Below, one piece after another: positions 28,401 to 40,968 of a stretch of DNA of 64,000 nucleotides. Every line of letters begins with the position of its first letter. The first letter of the stretch is position 1. The position numbers and the translations under genes were made by a program. The notes under the pieces are model-generated. The model worked only from the letters and a program-made list of their open reading frames with translations, made no database searches and was not told the origin of the DNA. Location of the stretch: the NCBI RefSeq assembly GCF_009914755.1, contig NC_060925.1, one strand, 5' to 3'. This DNA is from the human T2T-CHM13v2.0 reference genome, Homo sapiens.

Positions 28401-29805
28401 AATATTTGGAAGACCACATACAGACCAAAACAGAGGCAGATATGTTTGTAGACCCTATGACAGAGATAGATAACTATGGCATCAAGGGCCTTGGCTGCTG
28501 TCTCAGGTTAGCATTCCTCTGTTGACTTGTAATCACACAAGTAAGGGAAAAGCTCTCAAATGAATAATCAGCAGACAGGTGCCAACTCTTCAACTTAAGT
28601 ATGCTGACCAATACGTATTAGAAAAAATTTCTGAAACTAAAGAACAAAGCCAGGAAATCCATCATTAAAGTCTTGAGGTGCTGTCCTGGCAACTTAGAAG
28701 ACCTGAAAGGTAGATTTTCATACCAGAGTTCTATTTTGATGAGAGAGATGTGGGCCTCACCCATTTAAAAGAGCTTTCAGGAGAGTAATGTTTCCTGAGA
28801 ATAGCCAAACGTTTGTTAGAGTAAGAAGCTGATGAAAATGTTCATTGGGGAGGTTGAGGATATTGGGAGTTGTCCTCACAGTAGACCATCCTGCGAGCTC
28901 TCATATGACGTGGTCTAGTGTGTGTTTACTACTCATGAGGATGCCCATCTTGACATCCCATGCTTTTTTTCTAACTACCCAAGATCCCAAAATGTTTTTT
29001 ATTAAGCATGTTAATCATTAAGTACAATATTATTGACCTACACCTGACCTAATAAATGATTAATTATAGCTCTTTTCCCAATGTCTACTACTTAGTTTGT
29101 TGAGAGAGTCTGTCTTCTGATATTAACACAGAAGACCCTCAGAAACACCCCTCTCCTCCTGCATCCCCTCCCCAACCACCATGACACGCACATTCACCTA
29201 GAGCTTCACTTCAGTCCCAAGCAACCCAGTTGCGAGGGCAAGAAAAAGTATCCAAAACCTCTTCCTGAGACCAACCAATCCTCTTCCTGAAGAATTACAT
29301 ATCCCTTTCTCAAAAGAGGTTTTATTATACCTGCCATTGGCAAAAAAAACTACCCCCTTAGTCATTACTTAGGAAACAATTAATTTCTGAAGAAGCTATA
29401 ATCAGCATTGATTACAACTTTCCCTAAAGTACATCAGGAACAATACCACTATGACTTATAAGTCTGCTTACTTCAGTCACCCACTGAAGTCCCAGCGTCC
29501 CAGTTCATCATTTCTGGTCTTTATCCCAGAATGCTCTCTACATACCCTAATTTCATGCAATTTTCTACCCCATTCTGAACTTCTCTCTGTATGCTGAAGA
29601 TTTAATAAGCCCAATTACCAATATCCTCAACTTTTTTTCTAAATGTTTCCTTCACCTGCTTGCTTAAGCTCAAATCATGCTATATTCTCAGGGTACCATT
29701 TCTTCTGCAATCTTCTTGAATGGTGGTTGTCTTTTATTCTTCTTCCAAATCTCATGTTTGACTAGTCCCAAAGGTAAGCTAAATGTCCTCATGTCATTGC
29801 TTCAT

Positions 29806-30520
29806 CTAGGAAATTAGTCTTCCATCCTCATTCAGAATTTTGTATCCAGCGAAACTGAGCCTCATAAATGAAGGAAAGACACAATCTTTTTCAGACAAAC
29901 AAACGCTGAGAGATTTCTCCACTTCCAAGCCAGGACTACAAGAACTGCTAAAAAGCAGCTCTAAATCTTGAAACAGAACTTCAAAATACACCAAAATAGA
30001 GCATTCTTAAAGCATAAATCTCACAGGACCCATAAAACAATAACACAATGAAAAAAACCGCAAGGTATTTATACTTTTGTTGACAGAAAATCAACAAAGA
30101 AACAATGGACTTAAACTATACTCTAAAACAAATGGACTTAGCAGATATTTACAGAACATTCTACCCAACAACTGCAGAATATACATTCTACTCATCAGCA
30201 CATGGAACATTCTCCAAGATAGACCATATGATAGGCCACAAAACAAGTCTCGAGAAATTTTAAAAAGTAGAAATTGTATCAAGTACACTCTCAGACCACA
30301 GTGGAATAAAACAAAATCAACTCCAAAAGGAACTCTCAAAACCATGGAAATTAAATAACCTGCTCCTGAATGATCATTGGATCAACAATGAAATCAAGAA
30401 GGAAATTTAAAAATTCCTTGAACTGAATGATAATGGTGACATAACCTATCAAAACCTCTGGGATACAGCAAAAGCAATGTTAAGAGGAAAGTTTATAGCA
30501 TTAAATGCCTACATCAAAAA
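29806..30520 (+). mobile_element. L1P (L1PB-like) internal fragment: end of ORF1 joined to the ORF2 endonuclease region
   Basis: cagaattttgtatccagcgaaactgagc...; tcagcacatggaacattctccaagatagaccatatgataggccac; ctctgggatacagcaaaagc. Confidence 0.85.
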
Positions 30521-31351
30521 CCCACCTCATGTTGAAGTACATGTCTTTGAACTGCACTGCTCACTACCTCTTTTGGTTGCAACATTCTTCCTACCTCACG
30601 GTACCTTCTCCTCAGTCACTGATTACCTTAATATCTTACTCCTGTCATCATTTTGAGGATTTCAGCATCCGTGTAGACAACCGATACAAACCATTATCTC
30701 TGTTATTTGAAATCCTTATTTCCAATGACTGTGACTGCCATGCCACACACACTTCTGCCCACTTCTTTGGTCATAACTTAGGCCTTATTATCGCTGATAA
30801 CCTTCCTAAAAACATCACTTTAAATCATTCTGTTTTATGACCAGAACCTCCAATTATTCCAGTTCATATACTTTAGAACTTTTTCCGTTGAGCCTAGTCT
30901 GTTGTCTTAACCACTTTTTTTCCAGTCATTGCCTCACTTACCTTCTGTCTCAGCTAAGGTTTCAAGGTCCAGCACTATAATTATTCCCTTGCATATACCT
31001 TCGGCTCACCTGATTCTTTCTCTCTTCATTGTACTTGCCTGACAAAGGTACAATTATGGTTAAATCAATCCTCTACCTTCTCCACACTTACAACCAATTT
31101 GAATGTGGTTGGAGAAAAACTCACAAGCCACACACTGAACTGTTGAGTGTCACTTTAAATTTATGGTGCCAAATCTCATGGGGCCTTTAGCACTAGATAA
31201 AAATCCTTCTAGAGCTCTACTTCCCAAGATGAGCCTTTTTAAATCTTCTATTTCTTCAAACTTCCAATACCTCCTCCCTCATTGTTACCCTAAGTTGATC
31301 ATCAAGTCTAATTTCATCAGGAAAATAGTATCTTCCTGCCACCAAAAGTGT

Positions 31352-34300
31352 TGTCAGTTCTGAGGTTTGATTTTTATCCTTTTTACAAGCTCATACGTTA
31401 TCCTGTTCCTGTTTTGTGAATGCTGGCAAAAGACATAAAACTTTGTGTCAGGAAAAAATGCACAACCAGCAGCATGAGCCTCAGGTTTACATGAATTACC
31501 CTTGCACCCAACTCCCACAGGGTTGGTACTACATGGGCCCAGATGAGTACTGCACAGACAGATTTTTGTCGCAACTGATGAACATCAAGTTGGGGAATTC
31601 ATCGCTTTTACGGTAAGCAGTAAGAAGCCTGCTCCTTGTCCCAGAGGGAGACATTACTTCATTCTTCAGAGATGCTTGCTGCAAAACCAACCCCAAGAAA
31701 TGGGCAGGTAAAGATCAGTCAGGGCCTTGCATTCTTAGGATTCCCAGTAAGAAACTGCCAGGACACACAGGGCCCATGATGAGTTGCTTCTTCCAGCAAT
31801 CCATCCCATGACCCCACTTGTTCTTGGCTGAACTCGAATTTTCATATGAATATGCCACTCCATGAGCCACCCTGCTTAATGTGACTGACAGAGACTGGGA
31901 TTAAATCTGTTCAATTTGCCTCATGCAGCATTTAATTAAGGAGACTATCAAGAGGACTCTAAGCAATAAGATGAAGTCAACCTGTAGTATACATTTCAAC
32001 TCTACTCCCCAGGGCCCTGGACTCAGCCAATTGTACATAAGTCCCAGGGGCACCAATCATCATCTTAACTTTAGATAGCCAGAAAGTAGTCTAAAGCCAG
32101 TCAGTTATCCATTGTGACCCACGTAAGGGAGCTTAGATTGACATACTGATCTTTGATGTCATTACCAATAATGACAGGGGCAATAAACGAGCAACACTAA
32201 CCCCCAAAGGAGAGACATTCCCCCACATACAAACATATAACACAAAGGGACAGACTCTAGTTCAGAATTTCTGGTTAAAATTGATTTATACCTTTGTTAC
32301 ATTGGTTTGGTTAATTCAGTACAACAGAAGCATCGCTTGCAGCTCCCATTGCCATTTATGGCAACACTTAAGCTGCCTGAGTATTAGGAAAAGCGTATGA
32401 ATATATGTTATTAAGATTGAGGTTGGGCACAGTGGTTCACACCTGAAATCTCAGTGCTTTGGGAGGCCAAGGCAGGAGGTTTGAGACCAGGTTAGGCAAT
32501 ATAATGAGACTCTGTCTCTTTAAAAAAAAAAAAACAAATAAAAAAACTGAAACAAAGTTGTGGGACCTATCTCTTTGTACGCATACAAGGCTGAGGAGGA
32601 GGCAGTTCAGGAGCTTCCATTAGTGGTGTCAGCTATGGTGAAGTAGTTTAGGACCAGCCAAGTTTGCAAGACTTTTGGTGTTTTTATAACACCTGGACAG
32701 GGATGACAAATCCTGTAGTGAGTTTAGATTGTCAACTGCAGCTGCTCCTAGATTCAGCTAGACCATACAATTGTTTTGCCAGCCTGCATTGCTGAATCTA
32801 AGGAATAAGAAGCCTAAGTGCCTCTCTCCCCTGAACTGCCTGGGGTTTAAAGTGATCTGTGCTCGGGTGCTAGAATTGTTATTCTCCCTCCATGGCCATG
32901 AAACTAGGGTGTCCCAACCCAGTAGCTATAACTTTACCTCTTCTCCAATCATCTGCTCATACCAATACCTTTTGTCCAGAGAGGTCAGACATGAATAGGA
33001 ATAGGTCACTTTAAAAAATATTTACTGAGATTCATTCATTATATTTCCCACTTAGTCCAGTTAGGTTACTATAAGTAATTATACTAGTTGGTGAATAGTA
33101 TATTCAACCAGTGTTCATTGTCTTTATGATCTAAGACCATGTTAATTCAATAAAAGAATCCAGGTAGCTACATCAAGTTAAGTTTGAATCTCTTAGTCTC
33201 CCCTTTAGATGTGGCTGCCCTTCAAAGTGTGTACAAATCAGGCTGACATGAGGTTGTCACTAGGGGAAGAAAATACACTTCAGGTTCATAAATGGTCAAG
33301 GCATAATCATGAATTTTCAAAATAAGTTTACATAATTTTTCTACCCATCCATCTTGATCATTACCTAGGAGTTGGCCAACAGGAGACAAATCTTTCCTGC
33401 CCATGGCCATATTTAATGCTCAAACAGCCTTAATAAACTGTTTTAATAAAATCTGTGGGCCAGAAAGAGGCAAAGAAGGTAGATACAGAAAGGAGGGAGA
33501 GTCAGAAATCTTCAGGATTGGTTTCCAAAAAGTCTATTCCATATCTCAATGATGCCAGCAGCCTTATCAGAGAATGATAAGAGTGTGGAATGTCCATTGA
33601 ATATGTTTACTACTGGCCCATTGCTAGGTGGCCTTTATGACAAAAATACACCATTGTCAGATTGTAGATGGTCTTGAAAACTGAAAATAAGAATCAGATT
33701 ATCAAACTGAAATAGCAGCAAAATAATCTAAAAATATGTCAATATTAGCAAGGCACCAATGGTAGTCCCAAGAGAGGGTCAGAGATCTGACACAGCCAAT
33801 TTTCTAGAAGTGAGCAGGGAAAATGCTCCTTGTAATGTGGCCTCCTTTACTGCAAAACAATCAGGCCAATTTTTGGCAGGAGTCTCCTTTGGTATGCAGT
33901 TTCTAGATTAGAAACATATAGTCCTTTGCTGTAGTTCGTGGTAGTGGATATGTTTTCTGGTAAGAGGATGGATCCAGATAATGATGGAAGCCATCTAGAT
34001 AGATGCTGGGTAATCCATTTGATTCTAGTTGTTCTCATTAGGGGTTATAGCAACAGCCACCAGAAAACCATACTATCCCCCAGTTGGGAGTGCAAGGAAT
34101 GGAGGATGATGGGGAGATTAGCCTATGGGAGTGGACGTGGGAAAAGGCTTGGTCCTTTCTAAGGGGCTGGTGACCAAGTGCCAGAGCTGCTTCCTATCCA
34201 TGTATATCCTGATATCTGATGAGTGTCAGGGCCCAGAGGACCCCTTTTTTCTTGCCCCCCCTGCATGCCATTGTGCTCTGCCCTGTCAAAGGGTAGTCAC

Positions 34301-35391
34301 CAAGCAAGAACAGTGCCACACCTGAGTAAGCTAGTAACTTGAGATCTCATATAACAATGTTATTTCTTCTTAAAGAAGTTGATGTTGTGGAATAGGGAGG
34401 GGGAGGAATCAGGGGTCATAGAGGGAGAGAGCAGCTCGACACTAGTAAACAAGGTTTTACATTCAATTTCACTTTCAATTCAATTTCTCTTGCTTGTGGC
34501 TCAATCAAATAAACTCATCATCATCAAATAAAATCATCATTTTTTTTTCTAACTAAAGTTCTATATTGAATTGAAATGATGTCATTGTTGACTCCATTTA
34601 TTTCATCTTTCAGTACTCCTTGACTCAGCAGTCACAGATACGTTGCCTTCTGGCTGGAGCCACAGGGCTTGCTGCCCTATTGTCATAATAATGTTTTTTC
34701 CTCCTCCCACCTAGAGGAGAGCTAGAAACAACCAAGGCACCATATAAGGCTGTTTGTTTTAATCCCAATCTGATTGATGGGCAGGACCTTGGGGGTCTTT
34801 TGCTTCCCTCTTTCACCTACCATTTCAGTGGGAGTCCAGGGAACTCATCTTCTACATCTGAACCCATCCCAAAGGCTCTTAACATTTTTCTTCCAGAAAG
34901 ACATGTCTCTTTCAGGATCTCATCTTTGTTGCCATAACTGTTGGGTCTGAGATTTAATTTTACCCTGTTTATAAAGGAATGAGTTAGCCTGTTACTGTTT
35001 CATGGATGCTGGCAGAAGACACTAAACTCTTGGGTCAAAGACAAATGACTATATTACTCACAGCACAGCAGACTGCATGAGTATCATGTTTATGTAGGTT
35101 TCTTTTGCATTCAAGTCTTACAGGGGTGATTTGCTAGATGGATGGTGTACCTGCAGTGGATTTGCATCACAGCTGAGGAACAATAGCTTGATAAATTATC
35201 TGTTTTCATAGCAGGCAGTAAGCCAATCTGTTTTTTGTCCCAACTTTGAACCTCATGTTTCAAAGTTGCTTGCTGCAAAAACCAATCCTGAGAGATGGCC
35301 TGGGTAGAATGGTAAGGATCTTGCATTCTTGGTACAACCAACAAGAATTGCAGTGATCCTCAGTGCCCATGGTATATGGACTCTCCCAACA
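31352..35391 (-). mobile_element. Deleted two-LTR provirus, LTR40/ERVL-type
   Basis: Homologous LTRs at 31352-31798 and 34939-35391 (shared gatgctggca(a/g)aagaca, gcttgctgcaaaa, cttgcattctt, gcccatg). PBS-like TGGCAAC follows the 5' LTR and purine-rich GGGATGGAT precedes the 3' LTR. Integrase remnants LQSDNG and AAGIIE at about 33540-33670; env remnants at 31900-32160. Confidence 0.8.
32421..32545 (+). mobile_element. Alu monomer (FLAM-like) inside the provirus
   Basis: ggttgggcacagtggttcacacctg...gagactctgtctc followed by an A tail. Confidence 0.8.
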
Positions 35392-38300
35392 CCTACCTAT
35401 CTATCTGTCACTCATTTACTTGCCGCCTCCCAATTCCTGCCTATGTTTGGACTACTTTTCCATTACAACATTCCCACCTGAAGTTTACTTATGCATGGCA
35501 CCCTGTTCATTCTCTATGATTCAGGATCTTTAGCAATTATTCTTTATACATCTTGCATCATTGATTTTCCACTCTATTCTAAATCATTCTAATTGGCTTG
35601 CCTATCTATCCTCTGGAAAAAAAATGCTCCTTAGAATGCATACACCTCCTCAGATATCCTCTTCTGTATTCCACCCTCCTCTAAAGAGATGTGTATACTT
35701 ACTCTCTACTTTTTCACTTCCCGGTAACCTCCCCATTAAGGCAGTTTTTGTTACTTCGGTGAAAACTTCCCTGTCAACAATTTCCATTTGCTAATCTAAA
35801 ACTTAATTTTAAGTCCTTATCTTAACTGGCCTCTAGTTTACAGTTGTTCTCTCTGACCTGCTGGATATAATTTCTTTATTTAACATCTGCCCCCTTTTCT
35901 TCTTGTTCACTATCATTCTATTGCTAGCATATCCTCTATTTTCTAGACTCTAAATGCTGGAGTCCCCTAGGATTCAATCCTTAAACATATTTTTTCACCC
36001 CTTGGAAAATCTCATGTAATCTCTTGACTTTAAATTTTAGATAGATGTTTACAACATCTAAATTTTTGTCTCCAGCCCTAGCTCCTCTCTTGAACTTCCC
36101 TTAACTTTTGTATTTAGATAGCTAAAATGATTTTCAAACATAACATAACCCAGGCAAAACTTTTTATTTTTTTATCTTCATGAAACCCAAAAGAAAAAAA
36201 TTAAGCTAAAGCAAACAAACAAAATAATCACAAAACAAAACAAAAATTCACAAAACGACAAAAACACTTCTTCCCCATCTCAGTAAGTGGTAACAGCATA
36301 TTCACCCAGTTGGTCAGGCCATAAATTCAAAGCCGTATTTGGTTTCTCTCTTTCTTTAATATCCCACATCTGATTCCTCCACACAGTTTGTTGGCTTCTC
36401 CTTTAAGCTGTGTTTCAAGCACGATCATACTTCCCACCTCTACCATTTCTACTCTAGACCAAGCCACTGTCATGTCTCACCTCAACTACTTCAATAGCCT
36501 AATGTTTTGGTGTTCTTCCATTCTTGACTTTCTAAATCAGTTCTCCACACAGCTTTGGTAGTAACATAATATGCATCAGATCATGTGAGTCTTCCATTCA
36601 AACAGTCCAGTGGCTCACATGTTCTCAATAAAACTTGTACTCCTTAACATATTCTTGGAAGCCCTTGTGTGATCTGTCCTTGGTTATCCTCTCCAAAATC
36701 ACCTCCTGAGTCCTCACTCTCTTCACTGTAGCTAGGCTGGGGGTCTTAAAGTTACTTGGTTAGGCCAAACTCATTTCTGCCTTAGGGGTTTTACATTTAT
36801 TTTTCCCTTTACCTAAAAGACTACAGATTTTTGCATGGTGATTCCCTCTTTTAAATCTTTATTCAAAGACCACTTTTCCAGAGAGGTCTATCTAAACCTC
36901 CCACAAAAATGCCACCTCTCTCTGCACCCCAACACATACAAACACATGCTCTATTTCCTTACCCTTATTAATTTCTTCATATTACTTATCACTGTGTGAT
37001 CTTACGCACACACACAGACACACACACTTCCATTAATTTTTAATCTCCCCTCTCTCAGTCCTTACTAGAATTGTCCACCATGAAATAGACTTTGAACATC
37101 TTGACTACTATAGCTCCAGGACCTAGCACAGTGCCTAGCCCATAACAGGAGGCCCAACCAATATTTCATGAATATCAAAATGCTGAAATCAATCAGTTGA
37201 AGCTTGAGAGAAATCTCAGGACTCTCAGTTGTAAGCATTGATCATCAACCCACATGTCAGGTAAAGTTTTGCCCTTAGCAGCTAAAAACTTTAATAAACC
37301 TTTTGAAGATTCTTTCATTCTCCTAATCCGGAAGTAACTAGATGAGCCTCAGAATTCTTGCTCTAATTATAGTGTATGCCATATTTTGATAAATTAAGTT
37401 TTCCATGCCACTTGACATATCATAATTTGAAAAATGTGTTCTCCTTATTTCAGATTGATCTTCCATTTTCAAGAGTATCTAACACCTTATCTTTAAGTTT
37501 CTCAGTTCCATTTTCTTCCTATCAAGAATCTAAGGATTTATTTATTCAAAAATTCAAAGATATTATATGAGCTTACATTTTTATGAGAAAGGCTTTTGTT
37601 AAAAATGAAACCTTTTCTTATGAACTCTTTTTTTAATGGATCATGACAAACCTATAGGGGTCATTACTGGAAATGTGATTAGGATCATTTGTGCAATGAA
37701 GCACTTCCTAGCTTAAGGCAAATTTGGCCTAGCTCTAGCCTGCTGTATCCTCCCGGCACTATCTTTGAGTCAAGCGTATGTTCTTAGTTAATTGGCTTAT
37801 GGCAAAAGTAATTTTGTCAGTTAGATGTTTCCGTAGAGCTGCCCTTGCTGAGTTAGTGTCTTAAGACAGAGCCACAAGGTTTTGTTGACATGTAAGTTTT
37901 CTGGTTGTTTTTTCCATTTTTACTTCCTGACATCTCCCATAGTGTTTTAAAAAAGAGGAATGGTGGCTAGAATAAAGTTATGTATGGGCAAGCCATTTTT
38001 GGCACATGCGAAACCATCAATTCTTCAAGTATCAAACAATGATATAGATGTCAGCCAATAGCGTAAGATTTTTCAAATTCGATCAAACAAAATGTCCTGC
38101 TCTCCACAATCTAATATTTCTTCAGATTGAATTTAGAGTTTAGATCAAGATGGGATTACTATTACATTTTCCCAGGTGGCTATATTGATATCTTACAGCT
38201 ACAGATTAATCTTTCTCCATTTTTTCCTCTCTTTTCTCTTCCTTGTTTGCTCTTACCTCCTCTTTCTCTCAATTATAATGGTTCTTAATGAATTCATTAT

Positions 38301-39080
38301 GTAAAGGATTCTCATATCCAAAACTCTATGAACCCTTTCCAACAAAAGGGAACTAGACCTACTTTTGATGCCTCTAAGATGCAGCTATATAAATTTCAGA
38401 CCTGTTTTTCACTCCTCTCATGGTAGTCTGACCCCAATAAGGAAGAGGGTCTGAATGAAACATTTCATAAGTGTCACAGATAATCTACTGCTGAAGCTGT
38501 ATATGTTTATTGCTTTTTTCAAAGAGTTTCTTCAGAATTACCCCTTTCAAAATAACAGTTTACTCTCTACTGATAAAACTGTAATCAAGATCTGGTTATC
38601 ATCTTTTGTTAACATTTTATTGAAGTATCACACACAGATAAAAGTGTACACATAATATATTTATAGCTCAATACATGTGTTATAAAGAGAACATGCTCAT
38701 GTATCTAGTACCCAGAGCAAGAGCATGGTTAAATGGATGCTACTTTCTTTTGAAGGAGATGACTAGTGCCAGTGTAGTTAGTGACAGAGGCAAAATTCAG
38801 TTCAATCATCAAAACATTTTCAGATAATTAAAACTGTCTACAAATGAGACAGGCATCCTTGCAAAGAAAAAAGATTCTATGTGATTAGAGTTGTTTGTGG
38901 ATAGGAAAGATGGAATTCTTGAGTGGTTGGTTGGACTGGATGACTTCCTTGGGTCTTTCCAACCAAAGATGTACGTAAAATCAAACTCTGAAGATCAATG
39001 TTCTAATGGTAACATCAAGGCAATTATAAATGTACATAATAAAATAGTATTTTCTAAAGATCAGTGAAAATGATTCTTAG

Positions 39081-39415
<335 letters not shown>

Positions 39416-40926
39416 AAAAAAAAAAAAAAAAAAAAAAAACCATTTTTCTAGCTCATTCAGGAAGTAAATTAAAAGAATGGTGGAATGGGCTTTTTGCTTT
39501 CCATATCATAGACTATTTTAAGTTAAGGATACTATCAGTGAAGTCTGGATGAAAGGATATAATAAGTTTCATAAGATGGAAGATTTATATCTAAGCTTGT
39601 TCCTTGCACTGGGTAAGCTTTGGCAAACAGTGAAATTGTTACATCTCTTCCTGCTAATGATAACATAATTTTATTTCAGCACAAAGGAGTTACCTAGATA
39701 ATTAGTATAACAAAATTTTTATAACTGTTGCCCTCAAATTCAACAACTGAATTAAGGATTCATCTTTGTGCACTTTTTCATGAGAAAGTTTGTTTCTTTC
39801 ATATTCTTTAATACATGACCATCTCACTTTGTGATTTAAATGTTTTAATTACTGCAGTGATTTAATACGTCGAAAAAGAGGCAGATAAAGAAAAAAATGA
39901 TCGAGATTTTCTACTTAACACCTCGGTTCTGCAGAGCCCAAGGTGATTAAATTGAAGGCAGCATTCCTTTAGAGTCACCTATGAGACAATAGTCTGGAAT
40001 ATTATCAAAAGTTTTGGCAAAGAAAATCATTTTTGGGGTGGGAGGTTAAACAGAGGATAGGGCTTCAAAATTTATCTATTTATTTGAGTGAGTTTTAGCA
40101 TCATTGACCTGGCCAAACTCCAACACAATTCATTATATTTTGCCTGTCTCAAATGCCCTTGAAATTCTAATGAGGCCCTATATTTCTCATCTTAACCTAC
40201 TTTCATAATATTGCTTGAAGCGGCCATCCAGCTGTGGTCATTCACTTAAGAAGAATCTAGATTTATCTAGCAGCTAAGGGTATCCAGTATCTCTGATTTC
40301 CCCACAGAAGCAGGAAGGTCAGTGAATTCGTTCCAGTGAAAAGATTTGAACAGCTTACACAAATAGGTAAGAACATCCAAATAAGATAATCCAATTTCTC
40401 AAGCATTTCTCATAGTGCTCTTAGTAGGAAAAATGAGAGACACAAGCACCAAGCTGGGCACTTAACTTCAATCATAGTTAAATTTTGTAAAGCCCCCAAA
40501 AGGTAAAATGCTACAAGAAATTAAAACACCAGGAAGCTCTACACCAAGATGCTTTCCTGATCATCTGAAGCCTTTTTTGCCTTTGAATTCTCATAGTTGG
40601 CTCTTGTGTGCTTTGATCCATCCTGTCTGAGTGCATCTCCATGCCAAATTACACAAAGCAGCCCTGCAGGACTGACAAGGCCCAGGAGCCAGCGCAAGTG
40701 TGTCTGGCGCATCTCTCGTTGTTGAACTGTCCTTGTTGGTGAGGATTTTTTAGCATGCAAAGTGTGTCCTTAGAAGCAGTAGGAAAAGGGAAGAGATTCC
40801 TCAGCTCTTCATATGTTTTCTTTCATGACCCCAATATCGTATCTGACAACCATTCCCATTTGAATTATTACTCTTAGATCCTGAACAATCATTAATTAAT
40901 ACCATCTTTGTGAGCGTTCATTTAAG

Positions 40927-40968
40927 CAATACCACTCTAGGGCCTTCAATACCACTCTAGGGCCTTCA
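40927..40968. repeat. Perfect 20-bp tandem duplication
   Basis: (caataccactctagggcctt)x2 followed by ca. Confidence 0.95.

Larger units (their letters stand above)
29300..37175 (+). mobile_element. Long L2 relic interrupted by an L1 fragment and an ERV
   Basis: Endonuclease-like remnants (EDFSIRVD resembling GDFNIHVD; GHNLGLII resembling GHTLDLVI) at 30650-30795. L2 3' text at ccccatctcagtaagtgg (36273) and ctagcacagtgcctagc (37123). Left boundary approximate. Confidence 0.65.

Noticed and set aside
30077-30358. L1-derived ORFs here and at 48792-48977 and 56147-56419
   Set aside because: They are short, frameshifted remnants of inactive L1 copies.
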